Notes: generated from the letters alone by a model not told the origin. Shown: positions 1 to 13,829, counted from the first letter of the stretch. The stretch: 64,000 nucleotides of DNA from Octopus bimaculoides (GCF_001194135.2 NC_068985.1:23286839-23350838), one strand, 5' to 3'. Program-made: numbers and translations.

Positions 1-232
1 CACATAAAAGACACCATTTCGAGCGTGGCCGTTTTCGTGCGGGTGACACGTAAAAGCACCCACTACACTCTCTGAGTGGTTGGCGTTAGGAAGGGCATCC
101 AGCTGTAGAAACTCTGCCAAATCAGACTGGAGCCTGGTGTTGCCATCCGGTTTCACCAGTCCTCAGTCAAATCGTCCAACCCATGCTAGCATGGAAAGCG
201 GACGTTAAACGATGATGATGATGATGATGATG
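1..232 (+). mobile_element. Family B element (RTE-LINE 3'-tail / RTE-mobilised SINE), 3' part with (GAT)n tail
   Basis: ...ggaagggcatccagctgtagaaactctgccaaatcaga...ccatgctagcatggaaagcggacgttaaac(gat)n. Confidence 0.85.
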
Positions 233-810
233 TTACTACCTGTGTCAAACTTCAATTTTGCACTTGCATTTTTAATTTTCACATTAACAAATTTTCTGTT
301 TGTTATATTACCCCTTTTTTATCTGTCAGTGTGACAACCATCGTACAAAGACAGATACAACAGTGACAAAAGACAGCTTTATAATACTTCCCATGGTTGC
401 TTCCTATGAACTATTTCCTGTGGCTGTTCTTATAACTGTTGTCTTTTAACTTAGCAGTTTTGTAAATGAGACCAATAGAAAAAGTATGAGATGTAGAAAA
501 ATAAGTACTGGAGTTGATGTGTTTGATTAAACCAGTCAAGGCAATGCTCCAGTATGGTCGTAGTCAAATGACTGAAACAAGTAAAAGATAAAGGATAGCT
601 GCTTCTCTTTTAAAAAAGAACAGCAACAAGTTATCCCATTCTTGTGGATTTGTGTTGTATTTAGAACTGAAATGGATTAACAGTTTCCAACAGTGAGTGG
701 TAGCAGAATTTTTCGTTATCTTTGACTGGATTAATCACACAGGTGAAATTTATAACCAAAAATACCTGACATCTATCCATGATTACAAAAAATGATAATA
801 TTTATTGAGT

Positions 811-1152
811 CCTGCATGATATCTTGGGAAAGTGTCTTCTACTGTACCACTGGGCTAGCCAATGCCTTGTGAATGAAACTGTATAGAAGCCCATCATGTG
901 TGTGTGTGTATGTGTATGTGTGTATGTGTATGTGTGTGTGCATGTGTGCGTTTGTATTTGTCCCCTGCCACTTGATAACTGATGTTAGTTTGTTTACAGC
1001 CCTGTAACTTAGCAGTTCACTAAAAGTAACTGATAGAATAGATACTAGACTTAATAAAAAAGCAAAAAGAAGTACTGATCTCAATTTGCACAATGATACC
1101 TTTTAAGGCAGTGCTCTAGCATGGCCATAATCAAATGACTGAAACAAGTAAA
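811..1152 (+). mobile_element. SINE family A, degenerate (a further 3' fragment lies at ~320-592)
   Basis: Partial consensus match with central (TG)n. Confidence 0.75.
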
Positions 1153-1774
1153 AATGGTAACAAAAGAAAAGTTAAGTGACACATGATGAAGAGAAAATCT
1201 ATAAGAACTAACATAATGTGATGAGCATGTTAATTCATGAAGGCCACATGCATAGTGAAGAGAGGTAAAACCATTGATCAATGCTTATCTCATCCAACCA
1301 AGCAAAAATGACAAAGTAAAACAGAAAAGTGGTTTCCCACACCCACCTTCCTTTTGAAATGATTGATGCACTTTTAATTAAATCTTTTAATTAAATCTAC
1401 ATGGAGATAGACAATATGGGGAAAGGGAAAATAGTCTAATCTTTAAAGGAAATGTTGACAACTCCTAACCTGATTCAGTCTTATTAAAACTCCTCAGCAA
1501 AGCATAGTGCCTGCTAGATCGATAAAGAGAAAGGAATATATGCATTGCAGGTATGACAAAACAATAATTAGCTGGGGATATTATCCACATAGAAAAAAAC
1601 TTGTGAAGCAAGTGTTAACACACTTAATGTGATGAGAATCATGGTCATTGTTCAGCCCAATTTATCTTTCATAAAGTTTGTATGAATTACACTCCATGTA
1701 AAAAATAAGGGCAACTGTATATATTCGACTTGTCTAAATATGCCTGTGTACCTTATATGTCACATCAAATATGG

Positions 1775-2004
1775 TAATACACATTTCTATTGATATATCA
1801 GTACAGGGCTGCTGGATGAAACGCTTAATGATATTTTGCCCATTGCTATGGTCTGAGTTCAAATTCCGCCAAGGTTGACTTTGCCTTTCATCCTCTCAGG
1901 GCCAATATATTAAGTGCCAGTGAAACACTGGGGTCGATGTAATTATATCATTAAGCATTTCATCCAGCAGCCCTGTACTGATATATCAATAGAAGTGTGT
2001 ATTA
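1775..2004. repeat. 60-bp inverted repeat enclosing a 110-bp SINE D fragment
   Basis: 1775-1834 versus 1945-2004, 2 mismatches. Confidence 0.95.
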
Positions 2005-2898
2005 TAGATTTTCTCTTCATCATGTGTAACTTAACTTTTCTTTTGTTACCATTTTTACTTGTTTCTCTTTTAAAGACACAGTTTTCCTTATAAAAGCCAA
2101 ATAGCTTTAATGAAAAATGAATGTATTACTACTGTAACATGAGAATAATTGATCAAATACTTTATAGAAGCCTTCAGATTTAATTACTCTATGTAGTTCT
2201 TCAGTTTTGTTATATCTATTGCTTACCTGATTGCAGTTAGCATCATAATACCCTTCCACCCCCCAAAATATAATATTAATCATCCAAGTCAAGCTGTTAA
2301 CTATATCTCGTTAATGCATAGGATAAATGTTTATCCTTTATTGAAGATGAAAAAATGTTTTTTAAAGTATAATATTATAAAATTAATATCACCATATTTA
2401 TTATTTCTATGTTGGTATGAATTACCCCTTTAGTATCACTTCTTTCTTTGTTCATTTTTGTAAAATTTATTATATTTATCTGCAATAATTTGAGTCAGTT
2501 TTGGCATATAATTACACCTGATACTATTAAACTATAGATATTAATATATAAATCAACTTTTGGTCTATATCTCTGAATAAATTTGGTGAATGAAATAGAA
2601 TAAAACCAGCAGTAGTAGCAGTGATGCTGACAATTTTGTTGTTGCCGTCATCATCATTTTAACATTCACTTTTCAATGTTTGCATGGGTTGGACAGAATT
2701 TGCTAAGGCAGATATTCTAGGGCTTGATGCCCTTCCTGTTGTCAAACTTCACCACTTTCCATGCAAGGTGATTTTTCCCCATGGCAACATATGTTTCCAT
2801 GGAAGGTTGGAAATAAGAGTCACATGCTCATTTAAATCTACATCATGCAATGTCAAGACAAGGAGACACAAAACACATACACACACACATCCACACAT

Positions 2899-2933
<35 letters not shown>

Positions 2934-3692
2934 CATCTTACCTCCTTACCAGTTGTAGAAACCATGCCAAAGCTAGCACTGGAGCTTGACACAGCTCTGC
3001 AGCTCAGTAGATCCTGTCAGACTGTCCAACCCATGCCATCATGGAAAACAGACATTAAATGAATTTTCATGGGAGTTATGGCCGTTATGCATAGAATGTA
3101 ACTTTCAAATTTCATAAAGATCCATTCAGTACTTTTGACGTAGTTTTGGATAAGAAAACAAATGACTAATGTGTGTGTTTGTGTCCATGTGTATGTGTGT
3201 GATGGGTGTATATATGTATAGATATCTGTATGTAATGTTTTCCATTTTTTTCCTCTCTTTGTTTGCGTATTTAACTCATTTGTTTTCGTATTTCATGTTG
3301 TTTACTGTTGGTGACGTCCTGTATCCATATATGCATATATATATATATATATANNNNNNNNNNNNNNNNNNNNNNNNNNNNNNNNNNNNNNNNNNNNNNN
3401 NNNNNNNNNNNNNNNNNNNNNNNNNNNNNNNNNNNNNNNNNNNNNNNNNNNNNNNNNNNNNNNNNNNNNNNNNNNNNNNNNNNNNNNNNNNNNNNNNNNN
3501 NNNNNNNNNNNNNNNNNNNNNNNNNNNNNNNNNNNNNNNNNNNNNNNNNNNNNNNNNNNNNNNNNNNNNNNNNNNNNNNNNNNNNNNNNNNNNNNNNNNN
3601 NNNNNNNNNNNNNNNNNNNNNNATATATACATACATATATATATATACACATATATATATATACATATATATACATACTTACATATATACAT

Positions 3693-3733
<41 letters not shown>

Positions 3734-3836
3734 CTTACACACACAAACACACACACACATAGTCAAATCAGAAACATCACACATTAAAAATAACAATAAA
3801 AACAACAAGAGGACATGCACATGATATATATATATA

Positions 3837-5228
3837 CATGAGGGTGGGCTGAAAAGTTCATAAACTGACAGCGAAGGGGTGAGGTTAGAGCTGTGAAGTC
3901 TTGTATGCATTAATTTTGACCTTTGTTATTAATAGCTGCATTGTTTCTTTCCAGGTAAACTGACATCTGACTGTTTAAAGAAGACTTCAAAAGTAAATTG
4001 TATTGACGATTCTTGAAAATCGACAAAATTTGGCATTGTGGCGTTATTAAATATCAGTAGAAAAAAAGAGTTTAACCTCCATCGATATGTATGTTAACAT
4101 GGTTGCAACATTAGGAGTGACACTCCAGCTTTATCAACAGTGCCAAAAAAAGTGGGCAACTGAATTTAGGAAGGAAAGGAGAGTCTTGAAGATGGTTCAG
4201 AGTTTGGATGTCCTTCAACTGCCACCACCAAGGAAAACAATGATTATGTTCATGGCGATGGATAACAGGCAACTGACTATTAATCAAATAGCCAATGCTA
4301 TTAGCATATTCCATGAGAGAGTTGACAATGTTCTGCTCAGTGAATTTAGTATGACAACGGTTTCTGCTTGGTTGGTGCCATGTCTTTTGATACCTGACCA
4401 AAAGTGCATCAGGCTGATCACATGACAGGAAAATTTGACATTGTTTGAGGCAGATCCAGTTGGTTCCCTTGAATGTTTCCTAATCAAGGATGAGTTTTGG
4501 CTTCATCACTTTGAGCTAGTGACAAAGAAATAATCCATGCAGTAGAAACACCCCCTCCTCACCTATCCCAAAGAAAGCCAATGTTATTTCATCTGCAGGG
4601 AAGATAATAGCCTCAGTTTTGGGGGATGCAAAAGGCATTGTGTTTATTGACTATCTTCAAAAAGGCCACACTATCAATGGAGAGTACTATGCCAACTTGC
4701 TGAGACAGTTATAAAAGGATATCAAGAATAAATGCCCAGGAAAACTGATGAAAGGGGTCTTGTTTCATCATGACAATGCTCCAGCACACAAGACCTTACT
4801 TTCAATGGCTTTGAGCTGGTTCATCACCCTCCCTATTCACTTGATTTGGCCCCATCTGATTATTATCTGTTCTCATCATCACCATCATCATCATCGTTTA
4901 ACATCCACTTTCGATGCTAGCATGGGTTGGACTGGTGAACCGGATGGCTACACCAGGCTCCAATCTGATTTGGCAGAGTTTCTACAGCTGGATGCCCTTC
5001 CTAACGCCAACCACTCCGACATGAAAAAACACTTGGCTAGGAACCAGTATCACAGTGATGAGAACATCATGTCTGTTGTTGATAACTTTTTTTGGCCAAC
5101 AGGATGAAGGCTTCTTCACCAATGGTAGAAGTGTGTGAACTGCAAGGGAGTCTATGTTGAAAAATAAACCTCATTTGGTAACATTCCATTACAGTATCTT
5201 GGTCTACCTATGAACTTTTCAGCTGACC

Positions 5229-5234
<6 letters not shown>
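3837..5234 (+). mobile_element. Degenerate mariner (DD34D-type) DNA transposon with a SINE-like insertion
   Basis: Imperfect TIRs catgagggtgggctgaaaagttcata / tatgaacttttcagctgacctttgtg. Transposase remnants broken by stops and frameshifts: WLVPCLL, KGIVFIDYLQKGHTINGEYYANLL, FHHDNAPAH, PPYSLDLAPSDYYLF. Confidence 0.9.
4874..5019 (-). mobile_element. Family B element nested in the mariner transposase (between YLF and MKKHL)
   Basis: (cat)n tail followed by family B consensus. The mariner reading resumes after it. Confidence 0.85.

Positions 5235-5291
<57 letters not shown>
5232..5291. repeat. (TG)n microsatellite; others include (AT)n 6226-6297, (AAT)n ~45653-45691, (TG)n ~50388-50434, (CT)n ~53724-53805 and mixed (TA/TG) 55340-55700
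   Basis: Read directly from the sequence. Confidence 0.95.
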
Positions 5292-5297
<6 letters not shown>

Positions 5298-6224
5298 ATG
5301 CATGTGCATGTGTGTATATGTGAGCATCTGTGTCTGTGTGTGTAATCGTTAAAAATTAACAAAATACCAACGTCATTATGTCACTACATTACCCTTTTTA
5401 AAATCAATTCCTTTATGTAAAAGATATATATCGATATACACTAATTTTTAGCCAATCAAATTTTGTTAGAAAGTCAAAAATGACAATCAAAATTCTATTT
5501 ATTTATTTGTTTTCCTAAAAAATGCCCAAAAAGATTAGAGACAAATGTGATTTCAGCAAATAAAAACAAACAAGAATACTGTTGCTTAAAAGTTACAGCA
5601 TTGTAATAAATTTAAAGTTGGTAAATAAATTGATTTCCTGACAGGTTAGAAGAGCTTTTCCAGCAGTTATAATATAATTAATGTTCAAGTACTTGAGAGA
5701 CATGTAAATGTCTTCCAAGCCTGCTAATTCCCAGAATGCATTTCATTGATTAAGAGATGTTATTTAGGGCAAACGGATGGAGCTAACAGTAAGATAAATT
5801 ATAGTGCTATAAGATCAATATTTGAAACATGAAGCAGGTGGGATTTAACTAAATAAACAAACAAATAAAAGATGGAATGATAAAATACAGCAGAATAGAG
5901 TGAAAAATGATTGAATAAAGGAAGAAAGCAGATTTAAGAAATGTAAATTAAAACGAAGGTGGGTAATTTAGAGACAGAGAAAAAGAAAGCTCAAAGAAAG
6001 CTTGAAGTTAAAAGCTTTAAGCCAGGAGAAATTAGATGATTAAGAGAAAATGATTTATAAATGTGTATATACATCTAAATGTTGATATATCAGTATACAT
6101 AGTTGCATACAAAAACGCACACGTATATATATGTAGCCTGCTAGCTACAGGGAAAGAGTGATAGATATGTATGTATGTATGAATGTATCCATAGGTATGT
6201 ATATACATACACATATGCATACAA

Positions 6225-6306
<82 letters not shown>

Positions 6307-6392
6307 ATATATGCATATACACATATATACATACACACACAGATATGCATACATTATATATATATATTTAGAATGTATATATTTAGAATGTA

Positions 6393-6612
6393 CCCTTTAG
6401 CATTTAAAGTGACTATATCTGGCTCAAATATTCTACCTGTTTTATGTTCAAACTGGACAGATCCAGCCTCTCACACCGACCCTCCAATGTCATTCTAAAA
6501 ATAAACAATCACGTCATTGAAATCTCAAACCTATCACATAATGCATGATTAATTCAAAACAATGTAAATATTTAATTATTACATTTGATAGAGTAAACTG
6601 AATTCTAATGAG
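6393..6612. mobile_element. piggyBac-like MITE (ccctttagcattt...ttaa family), degenerate
   Basis: Starts ccctttagcatttaaa and ends at TTAA. Same internal sequence as the 13289-13509 copy. Confidence 0.6.
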
Positions 6613-9071
6613 TTAAATATCGTGGAATAACTTAGTATTAAAACCTTTGCTTGCTACATAGTTTTAAAATATTTGCCAAGATTACATAAGCTTAATATAT
6701 GAATAAAGTTAAATTATAATGAAGGAAACAGCTTAATGAAAATCAGCAGAAATTGTTTAAGTTCAGAGGGCTGTTTGTCATGATAACACCAAAAATATTT
6801 TCATAAAATTATAATGAACAAAAAGAATTAAAAAAAAAAAAAAAATCAAAATTGTTTAATACATACACAAAACAAAAAGAAAATATCTTGCAAAAAAGAA
6901 AATAATAATTATTTTGGCTGATGACTCAGAGTAAGAAATTCAACTTTAGGTCAATAAAAAAGAATTTTAGCTTGAATAAAGCTGCTGAGTATGTAAAATA
7001 CAGAATATTTTTATAATTAAAATACCTTCTCAAACCCAAGACAAATTTTGTTTTAATTTACAGGCTAGACACTAATCAAATACACTAGACTAGATATATT
7101 CTTTCAGCTCACAATAACTACCAAATCTATCATTTTTTTTTTTTACCTCAGACATACATACTTTCCCACTCTGATATGTCCTATATTATTACTGAAGCTG
7201 TAGGTCAGTGTTTTGGCTTGTAGAAAACATGATGTGAGAAACACCACTAATGAATTATATATAAAACTTCTCTTTCATGTTCTATATACTAACAGAAAAA
7301 TAAGCTTGTACTGGTCTTCAGTGTGGTTAAGCAACAAGTATTACTTCCAAAACTTCCTAAAAGTACAGTTCTGAATGACCTCACACAGAAAAAAAGTAAC
7401 AACTTTCACTTGTAATATTCATAAAAACAAGGTTGAGTTAAAAGTGTTGTAGAAGGAGTGTTATGCATACATTCTTGAAATAAAGTTATTTTGGGTTCAT
7501 ATTTAGAGTAAATAGAAAATGTTGCTGAGATAGAATGAAGGGAAGCCAACATACAAGATTTACAGCCTGGTGAAATCTTAATATGGCAAATCAATGTCTT
7601 GTTCAATTGAAATATGTTTTCTTAAGACTAGCTGAAGTGAGAGTATATAATAACTAATTTTGCTTGTTTATTGCTTTGGCTGAGAGTGAAAAAGAGAGTG
7701 CTGACAGCTTGCTCTGGCTAAGTTGATAAGGAAAAGAGTAAATAGACAGCTTGCTCTAGCAGAGTTGCCGAAGGAGAGAGCTTTGAATTCTTGTTTATTT
7801 AACCAATGACAGGCTGAAGATACTGCTCTCTCATTGGCCCAATAAACTGGTGAACATTGTGAATGAGTAAAACTTCACCTGCTTGCATTAAGGTTGATAC
7901 AGATACTTTCTTTCATTCTGCACTAAAACTACAGCATGTTTCTCCTGTTGTTATGCAAAACAAACCATTTTGAGTTTGTTGTTATTAGACATAGCAATTT
8001 TGAAATAGATATTTTCCTTCTCTCCCAAATATTACTTCTGAGGAGACAATACATTTCTACCTACCACAGTGAACATATAAAAAAAAAGTGCTGAAATGAT
8101 GCAGAAGTTGCATTGTTCTCAATACAAAAAAGATTATCCAGGCTGTCATTGTTTTTGTGGATGGTTTCATTCTCTTGTAGGTTGTGATATCAATACTTGA
8201 CAAAGCAACAAGACATTGGTTTCATAATTAGTTTCTTTTTATTTTCTTTATTATTTACAAAGTTTTAGTTGAAGTTTTTTGTTAGCTGTAAATAAGTTAC
8301 ATTAGAAACTCAAGATTGGCTCCTTGATTATACATACACATTTACTATGCATAATCAAGGAGACCCCACCGTCAAAAAACAAAAAAAAACAAAAGAAAAG
8401 GGAGAGAAATATATATATATATATATATTTCATTAGAAATGTAGAGACGCCTATAATAGGACATCTACTCACTAGAAATAGCAGCAAAAATACTACATAC
8501 CACAAAACTTTTGTGGTATGTAGTATTTTTGCTGCTATTTNNNNNNNNNNNNNNNNNNNNNNNNNNNNNNNNNNNNNNNNNNNNNNNNNNNNNNNNNNNN
8601 NNNNNNNNNNNNNNNNNNNNNNNNNNNNNNNNNNNNNNNNNNNNNNNNNNNNNNNNNNNNNNNNNNNNNNNNNNNNNNNNNNNNNNNNNNNNNNNNNNNN
8701 NNNNNNNNNNNNNNNNNNNNNNNNNNNNNNNNNNNNNNNNNNNNNNNNNNNNNNNNNNNNNNNNNNNNNNNNNNNNNNNNNNNNNNNNNNNNNNNNNNNN
8801 NNNNNNNNNNNNNNNNNNNNNNNNNNNNNNNNNNNNNNNNNNNNNNNNNNNNNNNNNNNNNNNNNNNNNNNNNNNNNNNNNNNNNNNNNNNNNNNNNNNN
8901 NNNNNNNNNNNNNNNNNNNNNNNNNNNNNNNNNNNNNNNNNNNNNNNNNNNNNNNNNNNNNNNNNNNNNNNNNNNNNNNNNNNNNNNNNNNNNNNNNNNN
9001 NNNNNNNNNNNNNNNNNNNNNNNNNNNNNNNNNNNNNNNNNNNNNNNNNNNNNNNNNNNNNNNNNNNNNNN

Positions 9072-9112
<41 letters not shown>

Positions 9113-9124
9113 GATTTCTGGCCA

Positions 9125-9945
9125 TTCTCTTAAAGGCATGCAAAAAAGCTCTCACAAAGCCTGGGCAGATATTTTTTCTGAGTTCCTTGCATGTGGTAAA
9201 CTTCCCCAAATGTTAAAAGCAAGCATAGTATGCCCTCTCCATAAAGAATCAGAGCAGATGCTAAAAATATACGCCTCTCTCTCTCTCTCAGCTCACATTA
9301 GCAAACTCATGGGATGCATTATCAGAAGGAGGATAACCACTTTCCTAGAAGAAAATAGCTTGCTTGCAAACATGCAATGTGGCTTCTCTCCAGGAAGGTG
9401 GTGCCTCTCACAATTGCTATGACATTTTGACTGAATACTAAAACAACAGCTCAACCATCCAAACGTGGATGTCATTTATTTTAACATTGCCAAGGTCTTC
9501 AACAAACTGTAATTTTGATATTGCTGGAAAAAAAGAGGAATGGCTGCATGACATTTTAAAAGGTAGAGCACAGACATTCACGGCCATTAGTGCTCTCGCT
9601 GAGGTGACATCAATTCTTAGTGGAGTATCTCAGGGAACTGTACTGGGACCACTACTATTTGTAGTAGCTCTCTCAGACATGCCCTCAGTAATACGGTCAG
9701 TTACTTTCACCAGTTATGCTAAAAATACAAAAGTATTGCAAGTAGTCAAGGGCCTTGATGACTCCCTAGAACTGCAGAAAGACCTGGATACAATATATAT
9801 GTGGTCTAATGAAAATGATCTGCAGTTCAATGCTGAGAAGTTTCAAGCGATCTGCTATTGGCCCACAAACAGATTGAAATTGGAATATTCAAGACCAAGG
9901 GATGGTGTAATCCCAGAGTTGGTGTGTGGCCTAGGATTCCATTAA
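9125..9945 (+). mobile_element. CR1/L2-type LINE reverse-transcriptase remnant
   Basis: Remnants ASIVCPLHK, LLANMQCGFSPGR, DVIYFNIAKVF, SGVSQGTVLGPLLF, a degenerate YADD (SYAKNTK) and LQKDLDTIYMWSNENDLQFNAEKFQ. Broken by stops. Confidence 0.85.
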
Positions 9946-10867
9946 CTGGTTCCCATGCTGGTGGTATGTAAAAAGCACTATCCAAATGTGATTGATGCTA
10001 GGGCCACCTGACTGGCTTCTGCGCCGGTGGCACATAAAAAGCACCAACTACACTCTTGGAGTGGTTGGTGTTAGGAGGGGCATCCAGCTGTAGAAACTCT
10101 GCCAGACCAGATTGGAGCTTGGTGCAGCCGCTGGCTCTCCAGATCTCAGTCAAACCATCCAACCCATGCCAGCATGGAAAATGGATGTTAAATGACAACA
10201 ATGATGATGATCACACACACACACATACACGTACACATGCATATATATATGTTTTTTATTTAATATTTTGTAAAGCCAGAACAATGCAAGTTATAAAAAT
10301 ATTGATAGCCTAGGTTGATGGTCAGTATTTTTACCTGATATTTCAATATTTCAGGGTTACTAATAATTGGCCTATTTTAATCACCTGCATTGTTTTACCT
10401 TTAAAAAGTGATAATTACAATCATTTATAGATATATATATCAGACAATGCTTCATGAAAAGTAAACACACACACACACACATATGGAGAGAGAGAGATCA
10501 ACCAACTGTTTGCATTTTAATTCTAACTTGTTGCAGATTAGGTGTCTTCTAATGAATCCAGTAAAAGTAGCATATTATTTTCCTTCTATATTCAATGGAC
10601 ACTTAATTATTTGAAATTATCAAATAATATATTATACTATTGTATATATATTATTTTTGTGAGTAACACTTAACCATTCGAAGTTGTTGAATTTATGAAA
10701 GGCAAAGTCGACTTGGCAGAAAACCTTTAACCTGTTTGTAAGATCATGTATTCATGTGTAAATATGCATATATTCTGGTAGTTTTTAATTCTTATATCTG
10801 TATAACATTTATTGAAGAAAATAACATAATGGAGAATAACAAGTGAATCGTTGATTACAGTATATTA

Positions 10868-11256
10868 TAGGTACAGGTATGGTTGTGTGGTAAGAAGCTT
10901 GCTTCCCAACCACATGGTTCCAGGTTCAGTCCCACTGCATGGCACTTTGAGCAAGTGTCTTCTACTATAACTTTGGGTTGACCAAGGCCTTGTGAGTGGA
11001 TTTGGGAGATGGAAACTGAAAGAAGCCCATCGTATATGTGTGTATATGTTTGTCCCCACCACCACCACCACCCAACCACTTGACAACTGGTGCTGGTGTG
11101 TTTACATCCCCATAAATTAGTGGTTCAGCAAAATATACTGATGGAATAAGTATCAGGCTTTTAAAAAAATAGTACTGGGGTTGATACATTCAATTAAAAA
11201 TTCTGCTAGGCATTGCCCAAGCATGACTGCAATCTAATGAATAAAACAAGTAAAAG
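10868..11256 (+). mobile_element. SINE family A
   Basis: Consensus match from head to the aaacaagtaaaag end. Confidence 0.85.
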
Positions 11257-12689
11257 TGTTTTTGTAATCAATTTGAAAATCCATTGCACAGGTGATTAGC
11301 CCATTCAACTTCACCAGCTTTACCTGTTTCCATTTCTAACTTGTTACTAGACTTTTTGAAATCACTTCAAACATTGGCTTATCCATGTTGAATCTGTAAG
11401 AGGCAATTCTTTTTCCCCCATTCTCCCTTTTTTCTCTGTCTTCTTCCCATCTTTTTTTTATCTCCATAATCCCTTTTGAAGACATAAGTGAGATGTAATA
11501 GAGTTCTTTGAAATTTTATTGTCTCTGACCTCTACCCTGTCTGTATACACTTCAGCCTGTTAAATTTCAACTGTTTTTTATATTAGCTCACTCACTTTGA
11601 TGATACTAAACAAAGTGGGTCGATGGAATCTTCTTCTCTTACCTAAGTTTAAACTCACCTGATGAAAGCAGATTTTTTCATGATGTAACTGAAATAATCA
11701 ATCTACTCACCAATAAAGAAATACTGCTGAAACAGGCTGTTGTAAACCTTTAAAATTTATTTGTGTTTTTATTTTATGAAACCACCACACCTTGTACCAT
11801 TCTTATGTTGGATCTATAACATGAATTGGATTGTGAACCTACGTGTGTGTTGTGTGTCTGTATTTGTAAATATATACATGTATATTGTGATTTGTAAATA
11901 TTTGATATGTCTACATACATGTGGAAATCAATATCATCTGAATGTTAAAATACCTAGATTCTAATGAATCCTATAACTTATTAATATATATACTTATATA
12001 TATATGAGTGTGTGTGCACGTGCATGCAGCATATACTTAAGTCTAAGGGCCTAGAACACATAGTGCTGAAGCTAAACCTGGTTTCCATGGCTGAATGGAA
12101 TGCTGGTCAATCCCCTGAATGAAATGCTGGTCAATCACAGAGATAACTTCCCAGCTACCACTGGAACTCATTTATAGCAGAGAGAACAGGTGCAACATGG
12201 AATGAGATGTTTTGCTCCAGAACACAACACACCACCTGTTCTTTCAGTTTCCTTCTATCAAGTCCACTCACAAGGCCCGAGGCTATAGCAGAAGACACTT
12301 ACCCAAGATGCCAGACAGTGGGACCAAACCTGGAACTATGTGGTTGGGAGGCAAGCTTCTTACCACACAGCTACACCCACAACTGTATCTATAATTTAAA
12401 GAAGAAAACATCATATCTTGCAGATGGTCTTCAGAACACCTTTACTGGGAATTAACAGGTGTTTAATCTTCACAGCCAATGTTAAGTATGTGTCTGTGAA
12501 CTTCTGTTTGTGGATTATTGTGGATTGGTTGTGTAAAATGAGTCCAGCATGCAAACATATGTCAATCAATTTTCAAAGACTTGCAATAATTTTGACCTTA
12601 CTATCAGTATTGCAAAAACATAAGTATTGCATCACCATGTCCCATGATATGCACAGTGTGTGTTTTTTAGAATAAAGCAAGTGGGACAA

Positions 12690-12898
12690 TATTGAATATT
12701 TTGAAAGTACAGTGTCCTCAAATGTTTGTATTGATATTGAGGTGGCATCATGTATAGGCAAGACTAGTGCAGTTTTGGGGAAACAGCAGCATAAATTGAG
12801 GGACAGATCAAACATTTGTATTGGTACTGAATTTAAAGTTTACAATGCAATTATATTTCTAATTCTCCTATATGATACTGAAACTTGAACAGAGTACC
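12690..12898 (+). mobile_element. RTE LINE remnant (post-RT region)
   Basis: Translates as EYFESTVSSNVCIDIEVASCIGKTSAVLGK...FKVYNAIIFLILLYDTET, similar to the RTE YLGS...IAKASAAFG...KVYNAVVL..LLYGSETW region. Confidence 0.7.
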
Positions 12899-12976
12899 AA
12901 TTCCATGCTAAAAAGCTTAATCATTTCCACACACCTTGTCTTAGAGGATTCAAAGGATAAAGTGGCAGGATAAAAT

Positions 12977-13829
12977 TCTGCCATAATAGATCTTCCTGCT
13001 CACAGCAGAGTCTATATATGAATAAACTTCTGCTTTATTTGTTATATTTTAATTTTACTTGCAGTCACTAAATTGTCAAATTTTACAGTTGATTTATTAC
13101 TACTGAAGGGTGCTAATGTACCCAGTTTTCTAAACTGAAACAAATCTATTGTGTTGGTCTGGGATTTGTTGTCGGAATGCCAGATTTTAGACTACCAAAA
13201 GTAATCATCTTTTCTGAACTGGCAAATGGGGGGTGCAGTGTAGGTGCACTTCATAAAAGATTCAAAGATTCATTGACAGCAACTTTAACACTCTAGTATT
13301 TAAACTGGTCATATCTGGCAAAAAACATTCTATTTTATGTTCATTTAATGTTCAAACTTACCCAGCTTCTCACATCTACTCCACAATATCATTCTAAAAA
13401 TAAACAATCAGATCATCAAAATCTCAAAGCTATGAAATAATGCAAGATTAATTCAAAACAACGTGAATAAATAAGCATTACATTTGACAGTAATCTGGAT
13501 GTTAAAAGGTTAAAAGACAGCAAGATCCACCCAAATTCTTGGAATCTTCTTACTCAAGACAAGTCTACATTGAAGGAAGCTAGAACTAAGTGCTTGAAAG
13601 CATTTAAATCCTCACAAATTTATATAGAAGAAGCCAAAAAGGAAGCTTGTAAATCATGCCCTAGCAATCCTTATGTTAATGAACATCAGTGAGTGGTCTG
13701 AGCTAAATACTTCTCTGCCATAATAGATCTTCCTGCTCACAGCAGAGTCTATATATGAATAATCTCCTGTTTATTTGTTTTATTTTAATTTCATTTGCAG
13801 TCACTAAGTTGTCAAATTTTACAGTTGAT
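12977..13829 (+). repeat. Direct duplication of ~115 bp (12977-13093 and 13714-13829)
   Basis: The first 49 nt are identical (tctgccataatagatcttcctgctcacagcagagtctatatatgaataa); the remainder is diverged. Confidence 0.9.
13289..13509. mobile_element. piggyBac-like MITE, same family as 6393-6612
   Basis: TTAA on both sides. Shared core cattctaaaaataaacaatca...gattaattcaaaacaa...ttacatttga. Confidence 0.65.

Noticed and set aside
2227-2300. Minus-strand exon candidate NSLTWMINIIFWGVEGYYDANCNQ with CAG|gtaagc donor
   Set aside because: The acceptor is weak and the protein is unrecognisable. It is kept only as support for the speculative neighbour-gene finding.
8476-8540. Perfect 32-bp + 1 + 32-bp palindrome
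   Set aside because: It has zero mismatches, a 1-nt loop and ends exactly at a contig edge. This pattern is typical of a fold-back read or assembly artefact, so it needs long reads before being believed.
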